From Candidatus Wolframiiraptor sinensis (lineage in GTDB: Archaea; Thermoproteota; Nitrososphaeria_A; Caldarchaeales; Wolframiiraptoraceae), in the NCBI GenBank assembly GCA_023261815.1, contig JALNKA010000002.1:145736-209735 (forward strand): DNA of 64,000 nt, given 5' to 3'. The notes beneath the pieces were generated by a model. That model ran no database searches, had not been told where the DNA came from, and saw only the letters and a program-made list of their open reading frames with translations. Shown one piece after another: positions 18,772 through 27,666 of this stretch. The position numbers and the translations under genes were made by a program. The number at the start of each line of letters is the position of its first letter. Position 1 is the stretch's first letter.

Positions 18772-20487
18772 ATGATCGGGCAGAAAGACTTACTCGCCGC
18801 GCTGATGATGGCATTAATTCTGCTCTCAAGCCTCGCTGCCGTTTCCTGCCAAGAGGCATCGCTAATGGTCTTCGTCCATGATCCACTCGGAAAGCCGTTA
18901 GACGGCATTGAGGTTCGGTTGATTAAGGGTGGAGAGGCTAGGCGATTTCTGACGAACTCGACGGGCTACGCGGAGTTCAGGCATCTCGAGCCCGGAGAAT
19001 ACACCTTGCAGGTGGTCACCGAGAACGTGATCGTTGGAGAGAAGACTGTGAAAATCCCGGATGATTGGATGGTGAATGTAGAGGCCAGGCTGGCCGAGGT
19101 CGAGCTCAGGCTTCGAAACTTGGATGATGAGCCCGTTAAGGGCTTAGTGGCGGAGCTGCGGGCCGGGGGCTACAGCCGATCAGCAGAATCCGATGATAAG
19201 GGGTTAATCAGGATTGCGAGAATTCCATACAGCGACTTGAAGGGCGTCGGCGCCTACTCCCTAGTCATCAGCATGGGCAGGCTGACGCTCTACAATACAT
19301 CTCTGAATATCGTCGAGCCGGTGATCCGAGTGAATGCGACCTTGCCGCTCGCGAGCTTAAGGCTCAAGGTTGTGAATCTCGAGGGAGAGCCGGTTCCCAA
19401 GATTACCGTTAGGTTATCCTCTGAGGGCTATTCCGCCGAGAGCAGGTCTGAGAGTGGTATCACGTCCTTCAGCAATCTGCCATCATCCGAGGTGAGGGGG
19501 GTCGGCGCCTACAGGATAAATGTCTCGATGAGGGTTGGGGGAGGCGACATGCCGATATACTTCGAGGATAGGATGATAACGAGAAGCGCGAACATCTCGC
19601 TGATAGCGGATCTAGCAAGGCTCACCGTGAGAGTTGTTGATGAGGATGGTAAGCCTATTAGGGGCGTGAGCGTGAGCTTGAGCAACTCTCTCATGGCCAA
19701 CTTCACATCGGGCGCGACGAACGAGAATGGTGAGGTGACCTTCGAGAATATTTTGCTCAGCAGGGGCAGGGTTGGCGCCGGAGCATACGTTGTCCAAGCG
19801 ATGAGGGCGGGCAGAATCATAGGGGAGCTGAGAGCCGAGTTCGAGAAGCCGGGAGCCATGCTGGAGATCGTGGCCAGGAGGGGAGAGCTGAGGCTCAAAC
19901 TCGTGGACTATCATGGCAAGCCCCTCGCTGGATACATGGTGAGGCTCATAGACGAGGTCGGCGGAGAGATGATCAACGCCACGACGAATGCTCTCGGCGA
20001 GGCCGCCTTCAAGCTCTTCTACGGCGCCTACACGATGGAGGTCTACAGAGATGAAAGGCTCATAAGATCATCGCTTATCCAGCTGGCCGGCGAATCCCTG
20101 GAGGTCAAGCTCGACGAGGTCAACTTCCCGCTAAGCATAAGGGTTGTCGACTCTGTGGGAAGGCCTATCGGATCGGGCCGTATAGAGCTCAGCTCCGGGG
20201 ATGAAATACTGTTTAGAGGGGAGCTGAGGGGAGAGCCCATAAGCCTCGACCTGCCATATCCACTCAACCTACGCTGCGACATCTATGGAGATGATGGGAA
20301 GCTCCTGCACAGAGAGATGCTCCGAGCATATGGGCCCGGGGAACTTGTCGTGGAGCTGAGAAGCTACGTCTTCATCGGAGGCCTCATGAGTCTTGAGTCG
20401 ATCGCCGCGGCGATAATGCTCGCCCTGATAGCAGCTTGCACGCTGTTCTCCACCGCATTAATAGTCAAGGCTAGGAGAAAAGGCTAA
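18772..20487 (+). CDS. Membrane-anchored surface protein with tandem carboxypeptidase-regulatory-like beta-sandwich domains
   Basis: N-terminal signal peptide, repeated V.D.xG.P...V.V.L units, C-terminal TM helix followed by KARRKG. Confidence 0.8.
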   Translation: MIGQKDLLAALMMALILLSSLAAVSCQEASLMVFVHDPLGKPLDGIEVRLIKGGEARRFLTNSTGYAEFRHLEPGEYTLQVVTENVIVGEKTVKIPDDWMVNVEARLAEVELRLRNLDDEPVKGLVAELRAGGYSRSAESDDKGLIRIARIPYSDLKGVGAYSLVISMGRLTLYNTSLNIVEPVIRVNATLPLASLRLKVVNLEGEPVPKITVRLSSEGYSAESRSESGITSFSNLPSSEVRGVGAYRINVSMRVGGGDMPIYFEDRMITRSANISLIADLARLTVRVVDEDGKPIRGVSVSLSNSLMANFTSGATNENGEVTFENILLSRGRVGAGAYVVQAMRAGRIIGELRAEFEKPGAMLEIVARRGELRLKLVDYHGKPLAGYMVRLIDEVGGEMINATTNALGEAAFKLFYGAYTMEVYRDERLIRSSLIQLAGESLEVKLDEVNFPLSIRVVDSVGRPIGSGRIELSSGDEILFRGELRGEPISLDLPYPLNLRCDIYGDDGKLLHREMLRAYGPGELVVELRSYVFIGGLMSLESIAAAIMLALIAACTLFSTALIVKARRKG

Positions 20488-20521
20488 TAACGTGAGACTT
20501 CAGCGAATTCTATGAGATTAG

Positions 20522-20863
20522 TTGACTCAGGGCTGGGAGACTGTTGGGGATAAGCCCGGCTGGACCCTGAGCAGAAACCCGACTGAGGTCTGCAATCCGC
20601 TCTGTAGGTACTTTAGATGTGGAAGGAAGGCTCTGGACTTCAAGCGGAATCCTCCATGGTGTGGTTGGGTAAACTCTCACTGCACGGGCTATAGGTGCAA
20701 TTATGGCTTCTGCATTCAGAAGAAGCTTCTCCCGAATGGCAGATGTGCTCTCTTCGTCAAGAGGAGGACAGAGGAAGAGGAGAAGCCGGAGATGCTCGAG
20801 TCCGGGCTCAGGATAGGCACCGCGGAGAGGGTTAGGAAAAAGCTTGACAAGTTCGGGATCTAG
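20522..20863 (+). CDS. Cys-rich hypothetical protein
   Basis: 8 Cys within about 55 residues; start uncertain. Confidence 0.65.
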   Translation: MTQGWETVGDKPGWTLSRNPTEVCNPLCRYFRCGRKALDFKRNPPWCGWVNSHCTGYRCNYGFCIQKKLLPNGRCALFVKRRTEEEEKPEMLESGLRIGTAERVRKKLDKFGI

Positions 20864-21717
20864 GATCTGGCAACGATGTAGCCGGAGATCACGATGAGCG
20901 CTCCCCCCAAGATGTCGATGGGCCCGAGAAGCTGTCCTAGGAATAGCGCGCCCATGATCGCCGCGCTCAGGGGCTCCAAGTAAGCTAACACCACAGCCTT
21001 AGGAGCCTCCATCATCACAAGCCCATAGAGGTAGAGCGTTACGGCCGAGCATGTGTTCACGCCGGAGAGGATCAGCAGCAGGCCCCATTCAGGTGCGGAG
21101 AGGCTCGGCGTTATGGGCCGTGATATGGCCGCCAAGAATATGGCCGCGAAAACATAGGAGTAGAATGCCGTGGTGAGGCTCGATTGCTCCGCCCTAAGCT
21201 TCTTCGAGACGATTATGAAGCCCGCGTAGCTTAGGCCCGCGAGAAGCCCGTAGACCACCCCTAGGACATCGTGGGAGCCGCCGAGAACAAGCTCCTCATG
21301 GGAGATGAGGTATATTCCGAGAAGCGAGAGGAGCAGGGCCGCGATCGAGGTCTTAGCAAGCCTCTCCCTCAGAATCAAGGGCGATAAGACCGCGGTGAAG
21401 ACGGGGCCGAGGTAATTCAGGAGAACTGCCTCGGCTATTGGGATGAGCTTCATCGAGGCGAAGAGGAATGCCCAGCCCAGGCAGAGGAGTAGGCCGTTCA
21501 GTACGAGGAGCTTCCAACATAACCTGAGCCTCGCCAGATCGCGCGCCCTGAAAATCATCATGAATGGGAGGAGGATGAGCGATGCCAAGAACACCCTGAA
21601 GAACGCTATCGTGAACGCGTCGAGCGGTATGAGGTTCACTATCACGCCGTTGGAGCCCCAGATTATGGCGGCCGAGGATATCGAGAGAACTCCGAGGAGC
21701 CGCGACCTTTCTTTCAT
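20860..21717 (-). CDS. EamA/DMT family transporter
   Basis: About 10 hydrophobic helices, IIWG, FFR, LNYLGP..TAVLS..ILRE and YLEP motifs. Confidence 0.9.
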   Translation of the reverse strand: MKERSRLLGVLSISSAAIIWGSNGVIVNLIPLDAFTIAFFRVFLASLILLPFMMIFRARDLARLRLCWKLLVLNGLLLCLGWAFLFASMKLIPIAEAVLLNYLGPVFTAVLSPLILRERLAKTSIAALLLSLLGIYLISHEELVLGGSHDVLGVVYGLLAGLSYAGFIIVSKKLRAEQSSLTTAFYSYVFAAIFLAAISRPITPSLSAPEWGLLLILSGVNTCSAVTLYLYGLVMMEAPKAVVLAYLEPLSAAIMGALFLGQLLGPIDILGGALIVISGYIVARS

Positions 21718-21777
21718 TCCGTGCCTCGAGATGAGGCTTAAGAGAAGTTAAAATATACTCCTTCGAGGGCTGAATGG

Positions 21778-24117
21778 GTGAAGCTGATGCTCATGTCGAG
21801 CGAACTGGAGAAGCAGTGGGATGCTAAGCTCGAGGAGGAGCTTTTAGAGCTGTGGAGAAATGAGAAGATTTACAGGCTCAATCCCAGGAGTAGAAGGCCG
21901 ATCTTCGTAATAGATACTCCTCCGCCCTATCCCTCCGGGAGGCCGTGGCATATTGGAGCGGCTGCACATTATTCCCAGATAGATATGATCGCGAGGACCG
22001 CGAGGATGATGGGATACGAGGTCTATTTTCCGATAGGGATAGATAGGAATGGCCTGCCCGTGGAGATTTACACCGAGAGGGTTAGAGGTATCTCGATAAG
22101 GGATGTGCCGAGGGAGAAGTTCCTCGAGCTATGCCGCGAGACGCTGGATCAGCTTGAAGCGGAGATGATCGAGCTGATGAAGCGGATGGGATTAAGCGGG
22201 GACTTCGACAACTACTATAGGACCGACTCCGAGGAGTATAGGGCCCTCACGCAGGCCACATTCATCGAGCTCTGGAATCGCGGCTTAATCTACTCGACCA
22301 CTAGGCCCAATAACTACTGCTGGGAGTGCAGGACCACGATAGCCGACGCGGAGATAGAGTATGAGGAGAGACCGGCGGAACTCGTCTACATCAAGTTTAG
22401 GGTCGAGGAGGATGGAAGCGACTTGATAATCGCCACCACGAGGCCGGAGCTCCTGGTCTCATGCCAAGCCGTGATAGTGAACCCGGATGATGAGCGGTAC
22501 AAACACCTCCACTGGAAGCATGCCATAGTCCCGATATATGGAAGAAGGGTCGAGATAATCCCGCATCCCGCGGCTAGGCCGGAGTTCGGGACAGGTGCTG
22601 TCATGATCTGCAGCTACGGCGACTACACTGATGTGCTCTTATTCAGGGAGCTCGGGCTCAAGGAGATAGTAGCGATAAATCAGGATGGCAGGATGACGGA
22701 GGCGGCTGGCAAGTATGCTGGAATGAGGATAGAGGAGGCTAGGGAAGCAATAATCAGGGATCTGGAGGAGATGGGGCTTGTAGTGAAGAGGGAGAGGATA
22801 ATGCATCGGACCCCAGTTTGCGAGAGAAGCAAGACGCCGATCGAGATAATACCCATGGAGGATTACTACTTGAAGCAGCTCGAGTTCGCCGAGGCGTTAA
22901 AGGAGAAGTCGGCGGCGATGAAGTTTCACCCGGAGCGCCATAGAAGGCTCCTCATAGACTGGATAGACTCTCTTAGGATAGATTGGCCGATAAGCAGGCG
23001 AAGATACTATGGGACGGAGATACCGGTCTGGTATTGCGAGAGGTGCGGCGAGCCGAATCTGCCGCCGCCGGGCAGGTATTATCGCCCATGGGCAGAGGAC
23101 CCGCCATTCAAGAGATGCAGGAAGTGCGGGCATGATAAGTTCATCGGCGAGGCCAGAACATTCGATACCTGGATGGACTCGAGCATCTCCCCGCTCTTCA
23201 TAACGGGATATGGGCGCGATAGCAAGTTCTTCAGAAGAGCTTATCCGGTCGCCCTCAGGCCTCAGGGCAAGGACATCGTCAGAACGTGGCTTTACTACAC
23301 GATCCTCAGATGCTATCAGCTAACGGGGAGGATGCCGTTCAAGCACGTCTGGATAAGCGGGACAGGGCTTGATGAAAGGGGGGAGAAGATGAGCAAGAGC
23401 AAGGGCAATGTGATAGATCCGGCGCCGATTATCGAGAAATATGGCGCTGACAGGTTCAGGTTCTGGTGCGCTCAGGAGTCGAGCCTCGGAGAGGACTTCA
23501 GGATCTCGGAGGAGAGGATAGCTAATGCCGGCAAATTCATCACGAAGCTACTCAACATCGCGAGATATGTCTCGCTATTCCCGAGGCCCAGAAGAGCCGC
23601 GCTCACGCCGACTGATAGGTGGATTCTAGCGGAGCTTGCGGTGACGGCTCGAAGGTGCTATGAAGGCTACCGGGACTTCAACTTCTTCATACCAGCGACG
23701 GCGATAAGAAACTTCGCGTGGAATATATTCGCGGACCATTATATCGAGATGTCGAAGCAGAGGGCTTATGGGAGGGGGTTCTCCGAGAAGGAGCAGAGGG
23801 CCGCCTGGTACACGCTCCACGAGGTCCTCAGGACAATACTCCTGCTGCTTGCACCAATCACCCCCTTCATCACCGACTACATCTGGAGGAAGCTGTATTC
23901 TAGGAGAAGCATTCACCTCGAGAGATTCCCAAGGGTGAGGTGGAGCAGAGCATATGCCAAGTACACGGGCGCGATAATAGAGTTCAACTCAGCGGTCTGG
24001 AGGATGAAAAAGGAGAAGGGGTTATCGCTGAAGAGCCCTATCGAGATCGAGATTCCGAAGGAGCTCAGGCCATTCGAGAGGGACTTGATAGCGATGCATA
24101 ACATCGTGAGGCGCTAG
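21778..24117 (+). CDS. valS: Valine--tRNA ligase
   Basis: IDTPPPYPSG..HIGA, GTGAVMICSYGD, WPISRRR, DTWMDSS and KMSKS motifs. Confidence 0.95.
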   Translation: MKLMLMSSELEKQWDAKLEEELLELWRNEKIYRLNPRSRRPIFVIDTPPPYPSGRPWHIGAAAHYSQIDMIARTARMMGYEVYFPIGIDRNGLPVEIYTERVRGISIRDVPREKFLELCRETLDQLEAEMIELMKRMGLSGDFDNYYRTDSEEYRALTQATFIELWNRGLIYSTTRPNNYCWECRTTIADAEIEYEERPAELVYIKFRVEEDGSDLIIATTRPELLVSCQAVIVNPDDERYKHLHWKHAIVPIYGRRVEIIPHPAARPEFGTGAVMICSYGDYTDVLLFRELGLKEIVAINQDGRMTEAAGKYAGMRIEEAREAIIRDLEEMGLVVKRERIMHRTPVCERSKTPIEIIPMEDYYLKQLEFAEALKEKSAAMKFHPERHRRLLIDWIDSLRIDWPISRRRYYGTEIPVWYCERCGEPNLPPPGRYYRPWAEDPPFKRCRKCGHDKFIGEARTFDTWMDSSISPLFITGYGRDSKFFRRAYPVALRPQGKDIVRTWLYYTILRCYQLTGRMPFKHVWISGTGLDERGEKMSKSKGNVIDPAPIIEKYGADRFRFWCAQESSLGEDFRISEERIANAGKFITKLLNIARYVSLFPRPRRAALTPTDRWILAELAVTARRCYEGYRDFNFFIPATAIRNFAWNIFADHYIEMSKQRAYGRGFSEKEQRAAWYTLHEVLRTILLLLAPITPFITDYIWRKLYSRRSIHLERFPRVRWSRAYAKYTGAIIEFNSAVWRMKKEKGLSLKSPIEIEIPKELRPFERDLIAMHNIVRR

Positions 24118-24119
24118 GA

Positions 24120-24851
24120 CTACTTCACCTCGATCCTTCTCAGCGCCTCTAGGACTATCTTCGCGGCCCTCATGACGCTGCCCTCCAGCTTATCAGCCGT
24201 CAGTATCGGCGTTTCACGGACAACATTATTGCTCAGGATCAGGGCGGCCCCGGACTTTATCCCCCGAATTCTCGAGATCCCGAATAGCGCTGCGCACTCC
24301 ATCTCTATCGCTATGACGCCCCTCCTAGCCCACTCCTCAGCAAACTCATGGCTCTCAGCATAGAAGGCGTCATTCGAGACCACTGCGCCGATCCTGAAGC
24401 TCACGCCGCTCCTCCTGGCCTCCTGAACAAGCGCCTCCAAGACCTCGTAGTTCGGTGCCAGTGGAAGGTGGACTCCCGGAGCATATGTGGCTAAGACGCC
24501 ATATGATGATGAGGTGGCAACAGCATCGGGTATAACCAGCTCTCCCGGCTCCATTTCTGGTAGGAGACCTCCAGCGGTCCCGAGTCTCACGATGACCTTC
24601 GCGCCGAGCATTATCAGCTCCTCGAATGCTATTGCGGATGATGGGCCGCCGATGCCGTGGCAGGCTACCGATACTCTAACCCCCTCATATTCCCCCGTGT
24701 AGACCGGGAATCCGCGGTGGAGGTTCACGGGCCTCGTATTCTCTAGGAGCCTTGAGATTTGATCAACTCTCGCCGGATCGCCAACCGCTATCACCCTCTC
24801 AGCGACCTCGCCCGGCTTGGCAAGGATGTGGTATGGGCCTCCCAAGACCAT
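24120..24851 (-). CDS. Purine nucleoside / methylthioadenosine phosphorylase (NP-I family)
   Basis: HILAKPGEVAE, GDPARV, HGIGGPS, RLGTAG, DAFYAE and IEMECA motifs. Start moved to 24851 to avoid overlap with ogt. Confidence 0.92.
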   Translation of the reverse strand: MVLGGPYHILAKPGEVAERVIAVGDPARVDQISRLLENTRPVNLHRGFPVYTGEYEGVRVSVACHGIGGPSSAIAFEELIMLGAKVIVRLGTAGGLLPEMEPGELVIPDAVATSSSYGVLATYAPGVHLPLAPNYEVLEALVQEARRSGVSFRIGAVVSNDAFYAESHEFAEEWARRGVIAIEMECAALFGISRIRGIKSGAALILSNNVVRETPILTADKLEGSVMRAAKIVLEALRRIEVK

Positions 24852-24896
24852 GAGAAACCCTGAAGGCCCACCAGATATTAAGATTGCATCGCCGGA

Positions 24897-25400
24897 ATGG
24901 TTGTGCCAGAAGCATACTACGGGTATCTGGAGGCGGGCTTCTTCACGATAGGCTTCATGAGGATAGGGGATGAGCTCGTCAGAGTTGGATTCTATGAAAG
25001 CCTGAGGCACCTCGAGGAGGAGGTCAGCTCATATAGCCCTCGCCCCAAGCTGGATCTCGAGAAGTTCCAAGACCTGATCCAAGACCTGAAGAAGTATCTC
25101 TCGGGCAGGCGTGTAAGCTTCAATTACCCTTTCCGGCTCGAGCGTCCCGAGTTTGAGAGGAAGGTCCTGCTTAAAGTTAGGGAGATACCATATGGCGAGA
25201 CTAGGAGCTATAGTTGGGTTGCCGCTGAGATTGGCAGGCCGAGAGCCTGGAGAGCCGTCGCTAATGCTCTTGCGAGAAACCCGATCGCGATAATAATACC
25301 ATGCCACAGGATCGTGAGAAAGGATGGAAGAGTGGCTGGAAGCGGCTTCAGCAGGAAGATTAGGGAGCATCTGCTGAGGCTGGAGGGCGCGCTCCCATAA
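24897..25400 (+). CDS. ogt: O6-methylguanine-DNA methyltransferase
   Basis: IPYGETRSY, RAVANAL and IIPCHRIV motifs. Confidence 0.93.
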   Translation: MVVPEAYYGYLEAGFFTIGFMRIGDELVRVGFYESLRHLEEEVSSYSPRPKLDLEKFQDLIQDLKKYLSGRRVSFNYPFRLERPEFERKVLLKVREIPYGETRSYSWVAAEIGRPRAWRAVANALARNPIAIIIPCHRIVRKDGRVAGSGFSRKIREHLLRLEGALP

Positions 25401-25406
25401 TGGGGC

Positions 25407-26051
25407 TCATTTCACGATCCTTCCAGCATCCATGTACCATAGGTAGAGGTCGAGCTCGGCCAAGCTTATTCCCAGCTTCCTCGCAAGCTCCCTCAAGATC
25501 CCCTCTATCTCGAGGTAGCGCCTTCTCGTAAGAGACTTAAATTCGCCGATCACGCCATATCTCCTCAGCACCCTGAGCACGTGGAAATCTATTATCGCGA
25601 TGTTCTCGTAGCCTATGTTTCGGAGAAGATGGCTAGCCTCCTTCATCCCGAGGCCTCGAACATTCTCCACGAGCCAGTCCCTGATCTCGTGCTCACCCCT
25701 CCCGGATCTTAACACCTCAACAATCTCCGGAAGCCTCTCCCTCGCCTCCACCAGATACCTGGCCCGCGCTTCCGGATACCTGTGGCCCAGCCTCCTAAGC
25801 TCATGGGCAAGCCCATCGGCGCCGAGCCTCAGCAGCTTATCACCGAGCTCCTCGACTATCCTGAGGCTCCCGGATGCCGTGAAGTTCGCCGCAAGTATGC
25901 AGAATGCCACCTCCTTGAAAATCTCCTCGGCGGGCTTCGAAAGCACCTCCTTGAAGGACCTGATCCTAGCCTCGACCAGGCGCCTCACATCCTCCCTCGC
26001 CATCAGCTTTTTCAGGTCTTCTGCCAGCTCCTCGAGCGCCAAGAGCTTCAC
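25407..26051 (-). CDS. ogg: 8-oxoguanine DNA glycosylase/AP lyase
   Basis: FCILAAN, GHRYP..RA, GLGMKEASHLLRNIG, IIDFHV and LDLYLWY motifs. Confidence 0.92.
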   Translation of the reverse strand: MKLLALEELAEDLKKLMAREDVRRLVEARIRSFKEVLSKPAEEIFKEVAFCILAANFTASGSLRIVEELGDKLLRLGADGLAHELRRLGHRYPEARARYLVEARERLPEIVEVLRSGRGEHEIRDWLVENVRGLGMKEASHLLRNIGYENIAIIDFHVLRVLRRYGVIGEFKSLTRRRYLEIEGILRELARKLGISLAELDLYLWYMDAGRIVK

Positions 26052-26058
26052 CGGAAAG

Positions 26059-26190
26059 CTACCGCGAGTACGGCGTCACCACGCCCTGGATCCTCAGAAC
26101 ATGCCTCGTCTGCTTCGCGTGCTCCTCCGCCTCCTCGAGCTTCATCGTCTTGAATCCGCATCCGCAGCTGATTATGATCGAGACCGGCAT
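26059..26190 (-). CDS. 43-aa putative zinc-binding micro-protein (CxC...H...H)
   Basis: MPVSIIISCGCGFKTMKLEEAEEHAKQTRHVLRIQGVVTPYSR; GGTGGAGGT immediately before the ATG; ends 7 nt before ogg. Confidence 0.7.
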   Translation of the reverse strand: MPVSIIISCGCGFKTMKLEEAEEHAKQTRHVLRIQGVVTPYSR

Positions 26191-26373
26191 ACCTCCACCA
26201 CAAGCCACCTTAGAGAAACCATTTAATAAACCGCTTCCCGGAATCAGTATGGGATGATGAGCAACGTCCAAGTTGACCTGTGATACGCGACGGGCAGGCT
26301 GACCACAACATCCTCTTCTCGACAATCTTCACAAGATTTATCTCCTGGTTCTCGCGATATCATCTACAAGCCT

Positions 26374-27666
26374 ATGGAGAAGTATGAACTCGCCGTGATC
26401 AACGGCATAGTCTTGACCATGGATGGTGATATGCGCGTCCTAAGCCCCGGCTCGATAGGGATGGAGGGCGGCGAGATAAGATACGTAGGCAAGGATGAGG
26501 TTCGCGGCGAGGAGGAGATAGATGCTCGCGGGTGCATCGTTACGCCGGGGTTCGTGAACTGCCACACGCATTCGCCCATGACCCTCTTCAGGAACGCCTT
26601 CGAGGATCAGCCGCTCGAAAAGTGGCTCAAGGAATATGTCTGGCCGGTTGAGGCGAGGCTTAAGCCTGAGCACGTCAAGATCGGGGCAAAGATCGCCGCG
26701 GCCGAGATGGCGCTTAACGGAGTAACGTGCTTCAATGACATGTACTTTTACATGGATCAGGTCGCGGAGGCCGCGGTCGAGGTCGGGATAAGGGGGGTTC
26801 TCTCGGAAGGCATGGTGGAGCTCTTCAGTGATAAAGCCTCGGAGGAGATCCTGAGAAGGGGCACGGAGTTCGCGAGAAGATATCATGGGTGGAGGGGGAT
26901 GATCTGGGCGGCGCTCGGGCCCCATGCCGAGTACTCCTGCAGCCTAGAGTTCCTGCGCAGGGTGAGGGAGGAGGCCGATAAGCTGGGGGTGGGAATCCAC
27001 ATCCACCTGGCCGAGGTGAAGCCGCCCGTGGACGAGTTCGTGAAGGAGCATGGCAAGACGCCCATAAAGGCCCTAGACGAGATAGGGTTCCTGAAAAGAG
27101 ACGTCTTGATAGCTCACGCGATACATCTCGATGACGAGGATCTGAGGATAATTAGAGAGCGGGATGCCGCGATCGCGTATAATCCTGTCTCGAACATGAA
27201 GCTCGCATCCGGCGCCGCCAGGATAGAGGAGATGACGAGGATGGGAATAAGGGTCGGCCTGGGAACGGATGGCCCCGGAAGCAATAACACCCTCGACATG
27301 ATACAGGATATGAAGATAGCCTCGCTTCTACAGAAGCTCAAGTACATGGATCCGAGCAGCCTCCCGGCCAAGAGCGCTGTCAGGATTGCGACTAGGGGCG
27401 GCGCCGAGGCCCTGAACCTAGATCACCTCATCGGTAGCATAGAGATTGGGAAGAGGGCTGACATAGTCGTGATAAATACTCGCAAGGTGAGATATCAGCC
27501 GATAAGAGATCCTTATACGGCCCTAGCCTACTGCGGCTCCGGATCAGATGTTAAAGACGTGATCGTGGACGGCAGGATAATAGTCAGAGATGGAGCTCTC
27601 CAGACAATTGACTTGGAGAAGGCTTTGGAGGAGTTCGAGAAGGCGATCTCGGAGCTATTCGGGTAA
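26374..27666 (+). CDS. mtaD: MTA/SAH deaminase-like amidohydrolase
   Basis: PGFVNCHTH, GPHA, HIHLAE, AHAIHL, NPVSNMKLASG and GTDG.GSNN.LD motifs. Confidence 0.85.
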   Translation: MEKYELAVINGIVLTMDGDMRVLSPGSIGMEGGEIRYVGKDEVRGEEEIDARGCIVTPGFVNCHTHSPMTLFRNAFEDQPLEKWLKEYVWPVEARLKPEHVKIGAKIAAAEMALNGVTCFNDMYFYMDQVAEAAVEVGIRGVLSEGMVELFSDKASEEILRRGTEFARRYHGWRGMIWAALGPHAEYSCSLEFLRRVREEADKLGVGIHIHLAEVKPPVDEFVKEHGKTPIKALDEIGFLKRDVLIAHAIHLDDEDLRIIRERDAAIAYNPVSNMKLASGAARIEEMTRMGIRVGLGTDGPGSNNTLDMIQDMKIASLLQKLKYMDPSSLPAKSAVRIATRGGAEALNLDHLIGSIEIGKRADIVVINTRKVRYQPIRDPYTALAYCGSGSDVKDVIVDGRIIVRDGALQTIDLEKALEEFEKAISELFG

